Below, piece by piece: positions 9,559 to 20,330 of a stretch of DNA of 64,000 bases (positions are counted from its first letter, which is position 1; each line of letters opens with the position of its first letter). This DNA is from an uncultured Flavobacteriaceae bacterium (GTDB lineage Bacteria; Bacteroidota; Bacteroidia; Flavobacteriales; Flavobacteriaceae). The notes beneath the pieces were generated by a model. It had not been told where the DNA came from and did not search any database. It saw only the letters and a program-made list of their open reading frames with translations. The stretch lies in the NCBI GenBank assembly GCA_963836885.1, contig CAWILF010000027.1:4277-68276 (forward strand). Direction: 5' to 3'. The position numbers were made by a program, and so were the translations under genes.

Positions 9559-12500
9559 ATGAAAAATTTCAAGTGTTGCGCTGTTTTACTGGCGTTTTTG
9601 TTTTCCGTACAGGTTTCTTTTGCACAACTAGAAGCTTCTAATTGGTATTTTGGATTTGGAGCTGGATTAAATTTTGATCCAGATTACTGGAAATGTAAGT
9701 GCTCTTACAGATGGCTTTTTGGACACCTTTGAAGGTTGTGCTTCCATCAGTGACAATCAAGGCAATCTTATTATTTTATACCGATGGAATCACGGTTTTA
9801 ATGTTGATCATAATATTATGCTTAATGGTAATGGACTTTGAGGCGATTCTTCCAGTACTCAAAGTGCGATTATTATACCCAAACCTGCCGACGAAAATAT
9901 TTACTATATTTTTACGGTGGACATAGTTGGAAATGGTTCTAGCCAAGGACTTAACTGGTATGAAGTAGATATGCGACTTGATAATGGCAAAGGTGATGTT
10001 ACTACTCCCATTAATCAACCTAATAATCTGTTGTCGATATGTTCTGAGAAGATAGCTGCCATAAATCATGATATCAATGATGAGATTTTGTTACCACTTA
10101 TGCCAATTCTAATGGTTTTACAACCACATTCAATACTTTTTACACTTATACAATAAGCAACATGGGGTGTAAATCCCGTTCCAGCAGTATCACCAGATTT
10201 CACCTCTATATCAGGAACTAATGGAGATCAACGTGGAAATTTAAAAATATCTCCCGATGGTAGGTTTATGGTGAGTTGTAATATGGGTGGTGGTTCTTAT
10301 CTTTATGATTATGATCGTATACGGGATTAGTTTCAAATGAGAGAAGATTGCGGTTATCTATAAATCCAAATACGAAGGCTACGGTGTGGAATATTCTCCT
10401 GATAGTCGATTATTATACATTGTAGCATCCAATGATTAATTAATAGTAACAATGCCTCAAATCACACATCGACGCTATATCAATTTGACTTATCGGACAC
10501 TTCAGCTATTTCTTCATCATTAATAATAAGCGGTAATGACATTGATACAAGACAGGGTTATCGAAGTTCAGTTGCAACTAGGCATAGATGGTAAGATTTA
10601 TCGATCTCTTGCAGATTCATATGATAATGGTCGAGGGTTTTTAGGGGTAATTAATAATCCCAATACCCTGGGCGTAGGTTGTAATTACCAACATGATGCC
10701 ATCCCACTGAATGGTAAGTTATCAGCACAGGGACTTCCTCCATTTATAACAAGTTTTTTTGCATTAATTAATTCTGAAAATTTGTGTGAGGGAGATAATT
10801 CTACCTTTTCCTTCGAATCCGACACGCCTCCAGACAGTATTCTTTGGGAATTTGGCGATGGTACCACTTCAAATGTAGAAAGTCCTAGCCACATATATCC
10901 TGCGGCGGGAGTTTATGAAGTGAAGCTCACATTAGTAACGGGACCAGCAACGAGAATCTACCGCAAGACCATTGAGATTTATGAGCAGCCCATTGTAAAT
11001 GCCGTTGCTCCCATAGAAATTTGTGATCTGGATAACAGTGGGAACGAAAACATCGACCTGGGCGGTCAGATTACCGACACTATATTGGGAACCCAAGACC
11101 CAAGATCCTTTACCGTACGTTATTTCAACTCGCTCGCAGAGGCCATAGCTAACGATAACAACGTTCCCGAAAATTACAATATAGCCCTAGGCTCGGAAAC
11201 CCTATTTGCACGAATTTTCAACGTAAATAATCCAGAGTGCTTTGAAACTATTGAGATTTCAATAACTCTATTTGAAAACCCAATAGCAAATCCGCTTGAT
11301 GATCTTGAAGAATGTGACGATGACTTTGATGGCATTATAACTTTCAATCTATCCAGTCAGGACAGTGATTTACTCGATGGTCAGAATGCCGGTACTTTTA
11401 CCATATCTTATCACCTATCCCAGGACGATGCCGACAACGACCGAGGAGGACTTCCCGGCAATTACAGAAACACGACACCTTTTAACCAGCCTATTTTTGC
11501 ACGCATAGAAAATAGAAATGCCCAGATTTGTGCCGACACATCACAATCCTTTCAGTTGATCGTCAACCCAAAACCAGTGGCCAACGACTTCAACGCTTTT
11601 CAATGCGATGAAGATGGAGTCGCAGATAGAAGAACGATTTTTGGACTTGCAAGTTTTGATGCCTCCATAGCAAATAACGCAAGCGACGTGGAAGTCACGT
11701 ATTATCTCAACCAAAATAATGCGATCAATGAAAGGTCACCCTTAGATAAAATCAGTTATCGCAACCTCACTCCGCTCCAACAGATCGTCGCTCGGGTCAC
11801 AAATACGATGACGGGATGTTTTACCCTATCAGATGTTACACTCTCCGTAAGTGCTAGTGATGCAAGAGATGCCACGCTAGAACGATGTGATGATGATGGA
11901 CTTGAGGACGGAAAAACAGAATTTGACCTGACCACCGCAGACTCCTCTGTGCTGGCTAACGCGCCTGCGGGTGTCATCGTCAATTATTACCTCACATTAA
12001 ATGACGCGCTTACCGAGCAAAACAGGTTACCGGATCTATACACAAATTCAACCGCGGGAAGCCAGATAGTTTTTGCACGCGCAGAGTCACCCGATGGAAA
12101 CTGTTTTGGAATAAGTGAGCTTACATTAATTGTAAACGACCTACCCGTCATAGAAATCTATGAATTTGTGGAATACTGCGGTAGCGCTAGAGACCCACTG
12201 GTGATAGATGCCGGATTGATTACGGGAACTCCGTCAGATTACACCTATTTGTGGAATACGGGAGAGCGTACCCAGACCATAACTGCCGCGGTGAGTGGCG
12301 ATTATATAGTAACCGTGACCAATGACAATGGTTGCTCCCGGGAACGAACCGTTGAAGTCGTGATCAGTGAACTTGCCACGGTGGAACGCATCGATATCAC
12401 TAATGCAATTAACGGCGATGACGGTCGTGTGGAAGTTACCGTAAGTGGTAACAGCGATTATGACTACAGCGTCTATGAAGGGGTCGGCTTTCAGGACGAA

Positions 12501-12854
12501 CCTATTTTTGAGAATCTGCCCGCTGGATTCTATACATTATACGTAAGAGACAAGCAAGGTTGTGGTATAACTACCGCTCCATTCAGTATCATAGGTTATC
12601 CGCGGTTTTTTACTCCCAATGACGATGGATTCAACGATTTTTGGCAGATAAAGGGCGTGAATAGTATGGTCGAGGCCGACGCGCTCATTTTTATCTTTGA
12701 CCGTTATGGCAAACTACTTGCTCAGATATCCGCATCGAGCCGTGGGTGGGACGGTACATTTAATGGAAATCCGCTACCATCGAGCGATTACTGGTTCAAG
12801 GCTACCTTATCCGACGGGACCGTATTTGCTTCCCATTTCACCTTGAAACGATAA
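9559..12854 (+). pseudogene. T9SS type B sorting-domain protein (beta-propeller-like N-terminus, PKD and Cys-containing repeats); N-terminal ~1 kb multiply frameshifted, 10536-12854 intact
   Basis: Signal peptide then QLEASNWYFG at 9559; fragments EGCASISD and SSSTQSAII in shifting frames match the paralog at 13076; C-terminal FTPNDDGFNDFW...DYWF...HFTLKR. Confidence 0.8.
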
Positions 12855-12914
12855 GACAGGTTTATTGAGAGCAAACAAGAGTTATTGAGGTATAAGATCG
12901 TTGTTATGGGTTAC

Positions 12915-12928
12915 GCTTTCGCGAAAGC
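12915..12928. repeat. GCTTTCGCGAAAGC palindrome copy, intergenic
   Basis: Perfect 14-mer 60 nt after the stop at 12854. Confidence 0.95.
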
Positions 12929-13075
12929 ATAATTATAAAATCTATATTAGCACTGATCGCGGTAGGTAAACGCGGGCTGCATCTATAATGCGGCAGTTAT
13001 TTATAGGGACTGTTTTTTAGACCCATTTTACGCTGAAATCATAGGATCAACTATATTTAGGGCAACTAAGTTTTC

Positions 13076-15124
13076 ATGAAATACTATGTTTTTGCAATAA
13101 TATTGATGTGTTCCGCTTTCGCGAAAGCGCAACTGGAATCCTCCTATTGGTATTTTGGAATAAATGCGGGAATTAAATTCTCGGGAGGTATCGCAACGCC
13201 GATAAATGACGGTCAATTGCAGACCCTTGAAGGGTGCGCGACCATCTCTGACCGCAGTGGCAACCTCTTATTTTATACCGATGGCTCGCTGGTCTATAAT
13301 AAAGACCACGTACTCATGCCCAACGGCACAAATCTCAAGGGAAATTCTTCCAGTACCAGCAGCGCGATCATCGTTCCCGTGCCGCGCGACCGCAACAGGT
13401 ACTACATACTCACGGTGGACACGGACGATAATAATTTTAGGGACTCAGAAGGCCTGCACTACTCCATCGTAGATCTTTCTCTGGACAATGGTCTGGGAGA
13501 CGTGGATATTTTCCAGAAAAATGTCAATTTGCTTCCCATAACCTCAGAAAAACTGACCGCTGTGAACAATGGCGACGATACCGGCTACTGGATAGTCACA
13601 CAGTTTGAAGATCAATTCTACGCCTATGAAATTACTGAACTGGGAATAAACATAGTACCCGTAATCTCCCAGGCTGCACCTTTTATTGAACTCATAAACG
13701 CACCATTTACCAATATGGACGTTACGGCAATGCGCGGCTACATTAAACTGAATGAAGCCGGCGACAGGCTTGCCGCAGCGCATTTTTCCAATAACACTTC
13801 ATCAGATTTTAATGGAATTACCAACCTAAACCTGGCTAGGGGAACCGCTTATGCAAATGGCGGTGAGTTATATCTGTACGATTTTGACAATTCCACCGGT
13901 GTTGTCTCAAATGCCCAGCCATTAATGACCAGAAGCGATGGAGGTTCCTTCTATGGCGTTGAGTTCTCTGGCGACGGAAATTTTTTATATGCAGAGGCAG
14001 ACTTTATGACGCCATCATCCACCAGCTTCTTTGAGCTCGATAGGGCAATTGTTTACCAATTTAATTTGAATGCCGGCAATATTGCTGCATCCCGTACTTC
14101 TATATATACCACTTTTTCCCAACCTTTGCGAGGTGCGCTGCAACTGGGATTGGACAATAGAATCTATCATGCAGTGCGTGATGAGTCTGTACTTAGAACT
14201 ATCGAGTCGCCAAATGTTGCCGGAATGGGCGCTGATTATCGGTTCAATAATTTCACACTCTCGACCGGAACGATCTCACAATATGGCCTGCCCATTTTTA
14301 TCCAATCCTTCATTGTTGCGGCAACCATCGATGGCGCAGATCATTGTTTTGGAACGTCTCAGGAATTTACGGTTGCCGTAGATGATCCCATTGTCGCCAT
14401 TGCCTGGAACTTTGATGATCCAGCATCGGGAGTCCAAAACACCTCAAATGAGATCAATCCCTCACATATATTTAGCGCCGTAGGAATTTATGAAGTAAGC
14501 GCGGTGATAGAAACAGCACTGGGTACAACGACGGCAACAGTCACCATTGAGGTTTTTGAGTCCGTGGCGATTGAGCAGCAACCTACTGATCTATTGCTGT
14601 GCAACGAGGGATTCAACAAGGCAACTTTTAATCTCAACGATGCCCTTGATGATCTAGTCACCGATCCATTGAATGAGATTCAGATCTACGGCAGCCAGTC
14701 AGATGCAGTGAACAATCTCAATCCCATAAATCCAAATCTTCCCTATATAAATCAGACCGATCCACAGCTCATCCATGTTAAGGTATCCAATGATAACTGC
14801 GAGGAGATCATAACCTTTAGCATCGCCACTGAAAATTGTGCCATTGAAATTTTTAATGTGCTAACTCCCAATGAGGATGGGAAGAACGACACTTTTTTCA
14901 TATCGGGTTTGCGGGACATTTTCCTTGAGCATAAGCTGAAGATATTTAACCGTTACGGCCAGCAGGTATGGGAAGGCGGTAATAATTCTCCAGAGTGGAA
15001 CGGTGTGGCAAATATGGGACTTGCATCTACCGACAAGCGTTTGCCTACGGGAACCTATTTTTATATCTTGGAACTTAATGATGGAATGAGTGAGCCTTTT
15101 TCTGGGTTCGTTTATTTGCAGTGA
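13076..15124 (+). CDS. T9SS type B (gliding-motility-associated C-terminal domain) protein with PKD domain
   Basis: Signal peptide; C-terminal LTPNEDGKNDTF...IFNRYG...GTYFYIL. Confidence 0.9.
   Translation: MKYYVFAIILMCSAFAKAQLESSYWYFGINAGIKFSGGIATPINDGQLQTLEGCATISDRSGNLLFYTDGSLVYNKDHVLMPNGTNLKGNSSSTSSAIIVPVPRDRNRYYILTVDTDDNNFRDSEGLHYSIVDLSLDNGLGDVDIFQKNVNLLPITSEKLTAVNNGDDTGYWIVTQFEDQFYAYEITELGINIVPVISQAAPFIELINAPFTNMDVTAMRGYIKLNEAGDRLAAAHFSNNTSSDFNGITNLNLARGTAYANGGELYLYDFDNSTGVVSNAQPLMTRSDGGSFYGVEFSGDGNFLYAEADFMTPSSTSFFELDRAIVYQFNLNAGNIAASRTSIYTTFSQPLRGALQLGLDNRIYHAVRDESVLRTIESPNVAGMGADYRFNNFTLSTGTISQYGLPIFIQSFIVAATIDGADHCFGTSQEFTVAVDDPIVAIAWNFDDPASGVQNTSNEINPSHIFSAVGIYEVSAVIETALGTTTATVTIEVFESVAIEQQPTDLLLCNEGFNKATFNLNDALDDLVTDPLNEIQIYGSQSDAVNNLNPINPNLPYINQTDPQLIHVKVSNDNCEEIITFSIATENCAIEIFNVLTPNEDGKNDTFFISGLRDIFLEHKLKIFNRYGQQVWEGGNNSPEWNGVANMGLASTDKRLPTGTYFYILELNDGMSEPFSGFVYLQ
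13114..13129. repeat. Palindrome copy inside CDS, encoding SAFAKA at the predicted signal-peptidase site
   Basis: CGCTTTCGCGAAAGCG within MCSAFAKA-Q. Confidence 0.95.
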
Positions 15125-15278
15125 TGTTTTTTTGTTAGATATGATAATGGTTGGGAATTGTAAACGTGAAAATTGAGTTTATAATAGTAATTATTAAGCA
15201 ACGAGGTTCAATTGGAGCCTTATGATCGAAAACCCACAGCTTACCTCAATGGATTGACGAAAAATATTTGATATAATC

Positions 15279-16100
15279 ATGATAATTGTAAAACGCATTG
15301 GGATTTTAATTTCAGTATTAATAATGAGCTGTTCCTCAGAAACGAATAATTCAAATACCGAAAAGACAGCAATCCAAAAAATTGACACTTTGAAATACTC
15401 ATACCATGGATTTAACAACGGCCAATGGCTGGCATTAGCAAGTAATGGCAATTTTATAAATGAAACTTATCAGTATGGTTGTTTTGGTGGTGGAGAAAGA
15501 AAAATCGTTTATGGAACTTATAATATGGATAGCGTCCTAGTCCAGCTATTTCCAAAAAAAGTTGAATTCATAACCTATCTTGAAGATGAAGATCTGATTC
15601 CTATTAAATCCCAATTTAAATACGGTAACGACTCGCTGAAGATTAAAACAGAATATCATGTGATTAATTGGGACTCCAAAACATATCTACTTTCAGAGTC
15701 TTATGATTACGGATGGAATTCAGTAAACCGAAATGATTTTATACGATTTGCAGATTATATTAATTCTGGGCTGGAGCCGGCAATGAGCGGAAAATATTTA
15801 ACAAATAGTTCTACGAAAGCGGTAGATCCAGTATTTGATTTTGAACAAATTCCCGAAGCATGGCAAAAGTACTTTTTGAAAGAACCAATTTCTGCAAAAA
15901 TTATAGGTTTGGGTAAGGATTACAGTCCTGATGATGAAAATCATTTTTGGTGGAAAGTAGAAATCAACAAAGGTAGTAAGCATGGGATTTACAAAGGTAT
16001 ATCATTGAGTACAAAAGATAACGGCTTATATTTTGAAATCGATTCTGTTTTTAATGATTGTAGTTTCGGAAAGTTTCATCACTCTAACTTTGTACAATAA
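15279..16100 (+). CDS. Hypothetical lipoprotein, AT-rich; C-terminus possibly frameshifted (continuation to ~16143)
   Basis: Lipobox-like LIMSC; another frame continues NNKFKIGTEMRTKWE*. Confidence 0.7.
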   Translation: MIIVKRIGILISVLIMSCSSETNNSNTEKTAIQKIDTLKYSYHGFNNGQWLALASNGNFINETYQYGCFGGGERKIVYGTYNMDSVLVQLFPKKVEFITYLEDEDLIPIKSQFKYGNDSLKIKTEYHVINWDSKTYLLSESYDYGWNSVNRNDFIRFADYINSGLEPAMSGKYLTNSSTKAVDPVFDFEQIPEAWQKYFLKEPISAKIIGLGKDYSPDDENHFWWKVEINKGSKHGIYKGISLSTKDNGLYFEIDSVFNDCSFGKFHHSNFVQ

Positions 16101-16316
16101 CAAATTCAAAATCGGCACAGAAATGAGAACTAAGTGGGAATAATTATCATATCACCTAAATAAAAAATAAACAGTATTCCAACCCCATAAAACCTCTTTG
16201 ATAAAATCTGCGACAGATAGTAATCCCCACCCTAAAATTAGGACAAACGATCCTCCATATTGGATAGTATGACTATTTTAGCCTAAGAGTAACTTTCCCC
16301 AATTAACTAGAACATC

Positions 16317-16793
16317 ATGAAACTACAGCCCACATCGTTTAAGATCTCGCCACGCAATGGTATAATTATCACGACTATCCTACTGGGACTTGTTTCATGC
16401 AAGGACAATAAGGAGGTAGATTATTCCAAATCTACGGCATCCACCGCCATAGAAGTTCAAAAAACGCCCATGCAGCAAAGTGCGGAGCGTGGTAAGGAAA
16501 TCTATAGCGAACTATGTGTCACCTGTCATCTTCCCAGCGGCAAGGGAGTCGCCGGCGCCTTCCCACCGCTCAATCCATCGGACTGGTTGACCAACAAGCG
16601 AGAGGAAAGCATTCATGCGATAAAATATGGCCTAAAGGGAGAAATCGTGGTCAACGGCGCTACCTACAATAACGTAATGCTACCTCTGGGACTGGAAGAT
16701 GATGAGGTCGCAGATGTTATGAACTATACGATCCAGACCTGGAACAAGGGTGAAATGGTAACCGTCGAGGAAGTTGCGGCCGTGAAAAAATAA
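16317..16793 (+). CDS. Cytochrome c lipoprotein
   Basis: LVSC lipobox, CVTCH haem-binding motif, GAFPPL and a distal Met. Confidence 0.92.
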   Translation: MKLQPTSFKISPRNGIIITTILLGLVSCKDNKEVDYSKSTASTAIEVQKTPMQQSAERGKEIYSELCVTCHLPSGKGVAGAFPPLNPSDWLTNKREESIHAIKYGLKGEIVVNGATYNNVMLPLGLEDDEVADVMNYTIQTWNKGEMVTVEEVAAVKK

Positions 16794-16871
16794 AGCTTGT
16801 CCGGCTATTTTTGGCAGTCATTTTATGTCGCTGGGTGAAAGATTTTTCAGTGCTTGATGATGGTAATATTT

Positions 16872-16889
16872 TCGCTTTCGCGAAAGCGA
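16872..16889. repeat. GCTTTCGCGAAAGC palindrome copy (18 bp), intergenic
   Basis: TCGCTTTCGCGAAAGCGA. Confidence 0.95.
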
Positions 16890-16976
16890 GACCACTACAA
16901 ATCAATACCTACTCAATAAACTTGTTCAAGCTCACAGAAATTCTCACTTACCCACAGCAATAAATAACCTATTAAC

Positions 16977-16984
16977 TACCTTTG
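16977..16984 (+). promoter_or_regulatory. Bacteroidota housekeeping-sigma -7 element
   Basis: TACCTTTG matches TAnnTTTG, 6 nt before the ATG at 16991. Confidence 0.6.
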
Positions 16985-16990
16985 TGCTCT

Positions 16991-18016
16991 ATGACCAAAG
17001 AACAGATAAGTCAGCTAAAAGTAGCGCTTTCCACTCCCAAAAATATAGTAATCGTACCCCATAAAAGTCCCGATGGCGACGCAGTAGGTTCTTCCACCGC
17101 GCTTTATGCATATCTTAAAAATAGTGGCCACGAGGTCACGATGATCTCGCCCAACGATTTTCCCAAATTCCTCAAATGGATCGACTTTTCCAATAAGTTC
17201 CTCAACTACGAGCAGCAAAAATCAAAGGCCGATGACTTTATTAAAAATGCCGACCTTATTTTTTGCCTCGATCACAATTCCCTCACGAGGACGGGCGACA
17301 TGCAGGCAATTTTGGAAACGGTGTCTCCTACCTATGTAATGATAGACCACCACCAGCAACCGGATGATTTTGCACAATTTGTGTACAGCGATACCGCAAT
17401 GAGTTCCACCTGTGAGATGATGTACCATTTTTTTGAGATGATGGACGCCATCGACCAGATCACACCGGGAATGGCAACCAGTATGTACACCGGTATTCTA
17501 ACAGACACGGGAAGCTTCAAGTATAAATCCACCACTTCAACGACCCTACGGGTGGCAGCGCATCTCAAGGATAAGGGAGCCGATAGCGAGGCAATCAACA
17601 GGAAGATCTATGACGTCAACTCCCCATCCAGACTTAGATTATTGGGAGCCGCACTGGGCAACCTGGTCGTGCTATCAGAATATAGGACTGCCTACATTAC
17701 CCTGAGCCAGCAAGAACTGGACTCAAACAACTTCAAGAAAGGAGACACTGAGGGCTTTGTAAATTATGCGCTCAGCCTGGATGATGTAGTCATGGCGCAG
17801 ATCTTTATAGAAAAGGAAGATGAGGGAATTATCAAGACCTCGCTGCGCTCAAAGGGCGATTTTGATGTGAACACAATGGCACGGGAACACTGGAACGGCG
17901 GTGGCCACAATAATGCTGCCGGCGGCAGGTCTGACCTTAATATGGAGGACACCGTGAGTAAATTAATTAGTATATTGCCCCACTATGAGAAGCAGCTCCA
18001 CAGCACGGTCATATAG
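16991..18016 (+). CDS. nrnA: DHH family nanoRNase/pAp phosphatase
   Basis: HKSPDGDA, IDHH, GILTDTG and GGGHNNAAG motifs. Confidence 0.92.
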   Translation: MTKEQISQLKVALSTPKNIVIVPHKSPDGDAVGSSTALYAYLKNSGHEVTMISPNDFPKFLKWIDFSNKFLNYEQQKSKADDFIKNADLIFCLDHNSLTRTGDMQAILETVSPTYVMIDHHQQPDDFAQFVYSDTAMSSTCEMMYHFFEMMDAIDQITPGMATSMYTGILTDTGSFKYKSTTSTTLRVAAHLKDKGADSEAINRKIYDVNSPSRLRLLGAALGNLVVLSEYRTAYITLSQQELDSNNFKKGDTEGFVNYALSLDDVVMAQIFIEKEDEGIIKTSLRSKGDFDVNTMAREHWNGGGHNNAAGGRSDLNMEDTVSKLISILPHYEKQLHSTVI

Positions 18017-18545
18017 TCTAGCACTGGTAATCTGTGTGCTTTTTACAGGTTGCAGGAATCTTGAGCCACGCCCGCCCATTTCCCGCAAGACCAGTTCCAA
18101 CACCGACCTTTCCATCGAGTACAACCGTGAATTATATGCTGCAGAAGAAGCAGAGATTGAGAACATCATAAAACTGGACACCATTGCTTACGAGCGCTCT
18201 GCAAATGGTTTTTATTACAGTTTTGTGCAACGGGACAGCCTTAGCGGCAACAATCCGAGGTTTGGCGATAGGGTAACTTTTGAATACGATGTAGTTTCCC
18301 TCAGTGGCGACACGATATACCGTAAAAACGATCTTTCGCCAATTACAAAAAGTCTAGAACAGGAATATGGTATTTTCAAGGGAATGCGCGAGGCCCTAAA
18401 ACTCATGCAGGATGGTGAGGAGATGATCGTATTCTTCCCCTCCTACGCTGCTTATGGATATTATGGCGATAAGAACCGCATAGGTGTCAACGTTCCTTTT
18501 AAAAGTAGGATAAAATTACTGGAGACCAAGCGTTATGAAGAGTAA
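17985..18545 (+). CDS. gldI: Gliding motility lipoprotein, FKBP-type PPIase GldI
   Basis: Lipobox FTGC, FKBP-like PSYAAYGYYGD; typical DHH-gldI-PPIase gene order in Flavobacteriia. Confidence 0.85.
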   Translation: MRSSSTARSYSLALVICVLFTGCRNLEPRPPISRKTSSNTDLSIEYNRELYAAEEAEIENIIKLDTIAYERSANGFYYSFVQRDSLSGNNPRFGDRVTFEYDVVSLSGDTIYRKNDLSPITKSLEQEYGIFKGMREALKLMQDGEEMIVFFPSYAAYGYYGDKNRIGVNVPFKSRIKLLETKRYEE

Positions 18546-18582
18546 AGTCTGAGTAGTTGTTTAAAGTGATGGATAAGAGTTC

Positions 18583-18598
18583 CGCTTTCGCGAAAGCG
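18583..18598. repeat. GCTTTCGCGAAAGC palindrome copy (16 bp), intergenic
   Basis: CGCTTTCGCGAAAGCG downstream of the gldI stop. Confidence 0.95.
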
Positions 18599-18600
18599 TA

Positions 18601-18636
18601 AGTAAAAGTAAAAGTAAAAGTAAAAGTAAAAGTAAA
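18601..18636 (+). repeat. Hexanucleotide microsatellite (AGTAAA)6
   Basis: Six perfect tandem copies, starting 2 nt after the palindrome. Confidence 0.95.
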
Positions 18637-18666
18637 ATAACAAATTGATAATTAAATAGTTAAGAA

Positions 18667-19824
18667 ATGAAAAAAGTGTACGGAATGCTAGCCATTCTTT
18701 CCCTCATCCTAATGTCTGCATCTTGTGAAGAAGATAAATATCCAGAACTTGCAGATGGAATCTATGCCGAAATAAACACCACTAAAGGCACCATGCTCGC
18801 CGAGCTCTACTACAAGGATGCGCCGCTTACCGTGGCCAACTTTGTCGCACTCGCAGAAGGCAAGCAGGAAAAACTTACCGACTCGCTCAAGGGCAAGCCA
18901 TTTTATGATGGACTTATCTTTCACCGCGTGATCAAGGATTTTATGATACAGGGTGGAGATCCCAGCGGTACGGGCGGTGGTGATATAGGCTATAAATTCA
19001 ACCAAGAGGTGAACGACAGTCTCAAGCACGATTCAAAAGGTGTTCTATCCATGGCAAATGCTGGGCCTAATACCAATGGTAGCCAGTTCTTTATAATGCA
19101 CAAGGAAAACCCGGGACTGGATATGAGATATAATGTTTTTGGTAAAGTCGTGGAAGGACTTGCCGTTATAGACACTATTGCAAATGTAAAAACCGTCCCA
19201 CGCGACCGACCAGAAAATGATGTGGTCATGAACAGCGTGAAAATCATAAGAAAAGGGAAAGAAGCCAAAAACTATGACGCCTACAAAACCTTTGAAATGG
19301 AGGTTGACAAATCTGACGAACGTATAGAAAAAGAACGTATGGAAGCCGAGCGCATGGCCGCAGAGCGTGCAGAAAAATCGGCTGGTTTTATTACTGCAAA
19401 GGCTGAGGAAATTAAAATGATGGAACAAAAGGCCACCAAATTGCCTGGTAGTGAGATCAAGGTTTTGGTAGTTGAAAAAGGAAGTGGTGAAAAACCAGAA
19501 GAAGGTGCAGCGGTCACTCTAGAGTATTCGGGCTTTCTTACCGATGGGACCTTGTTCGACTCTTCCAGTCTAGAAGTGGCACAAAATTTCAATGCGGTAA
19601 ACCCTGGAAAACAACAAGCTGGCGCCTATCGCCCCATTCCAATGCAGTTTACCTCAACCATGAGCGCGATACCTGGATTCAAAGATGCCGTTTTGAGCAT
19701 GACCTACGGGCAAGAAATTGTTGCCTTCATACCGGCCGCACTGGGCTATGGAGAAAATGCAAATGGTCCCATCCCAGCAAATAGCGACCTTGTCTTTGAA
19801 CTGAAACTGGGCGAGAAGCAGTAA
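18667..19824 (+). CDS. Peptidyl-prolyl isomerase, cyclophilin + FKBP fusion lipoprotein
   Basis: FHRVIKDFMIQGGD and SMANAGPNTNGSQFFI (cyclophilin); DGTLFDSS...IPANSDLVFE (FKBP). Confidence 0.93.
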   Translation: MKKVYGMLAILSLILMSASCEEDKYPELADGIYAEINTTKGTMLAELYYKDAPLTVANFVALAEGKQEKLTDSLKGKPFYDGLIFHRVIKDFMIQGGDPSGTGGGDIGYKFNQEVNDSLKHDSKGVLSMANAGPNTNGSQFFIMHKENPGLDMRYNVFGKVVEGLAVIDTIANVKTVPRDRPENDVVMNSVKIIRKGKEAKNYDAYKTFEMEVDKSDERIEKERMEAERMAAERAEKSAGFITAKAEEIKMMEQKATKLPGSEIKVLVVEKGSGEKPEEGAAVTLEYSGFLTDGTLFDSSSLEVAQNFNAVNPGKQQAGAYRPIPMQFTSTMSAIPGFKDAVLSMTYGQEIVAFIPAALGYGENANGPIPANSDLVFELKLGEKQ

Positions 19825-19861
19825 TTGCAGGACTCAATTGCTATAACCTTTGAACAAGTTC

Positions 19862-19893
19862 AAAAAATCCCGGGCTGCGCCCGGGATTTTTTT
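19862..19893. terminator. Intrinsic terminator
   Basis: AAAAAATCCCGGGC-tgc-GCCCGGGATTTTTTT. Confidence 0.9.
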
Positions 19894-20330
19894 GTTTATA
19901 CGAGTCAACCATATTCATCCTAATCTATATATCGATTACTCTGATGGATTGATTCATCCACTGAAAGTTAAAAGTTGAAGCTATAGAAACAGCTGTCATA
20001 TTAAGGATCATTTGCAACTTCATTTCACCGCTGACGACTAGGAAAGCTTGTAGGTATGGACTTTCAACAATTCCATTAGAACTAATTGAATTTCCCATTG
20101 GATTGTAAAGAGTCTAATTTTGAACCTCGGACAATTGGAGATTTTTATTTTTAAACAGACCTTGTATTAATGATTTGCAGAGTTAAAACCCAATTCCCTT
20201 AACCTAATATTCATACTAACCTCGAACCTATTTAAAAGAAAGTACTCTATTAATAGTTGCTTTCCCATGACGTACTTATATAGGTAGGTATTTCTCAAGC
20301 TTTTAAAGGAATCCCCTTAGTAGCGCAATT

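Noticed and set aside
20167..20268. 33-aa minus-strand ORF (MGKQLLIE...LGFNSANH) faintly resembling an AraC HTH remnant
   Set aside because: Too short and weak to support without a profile search.
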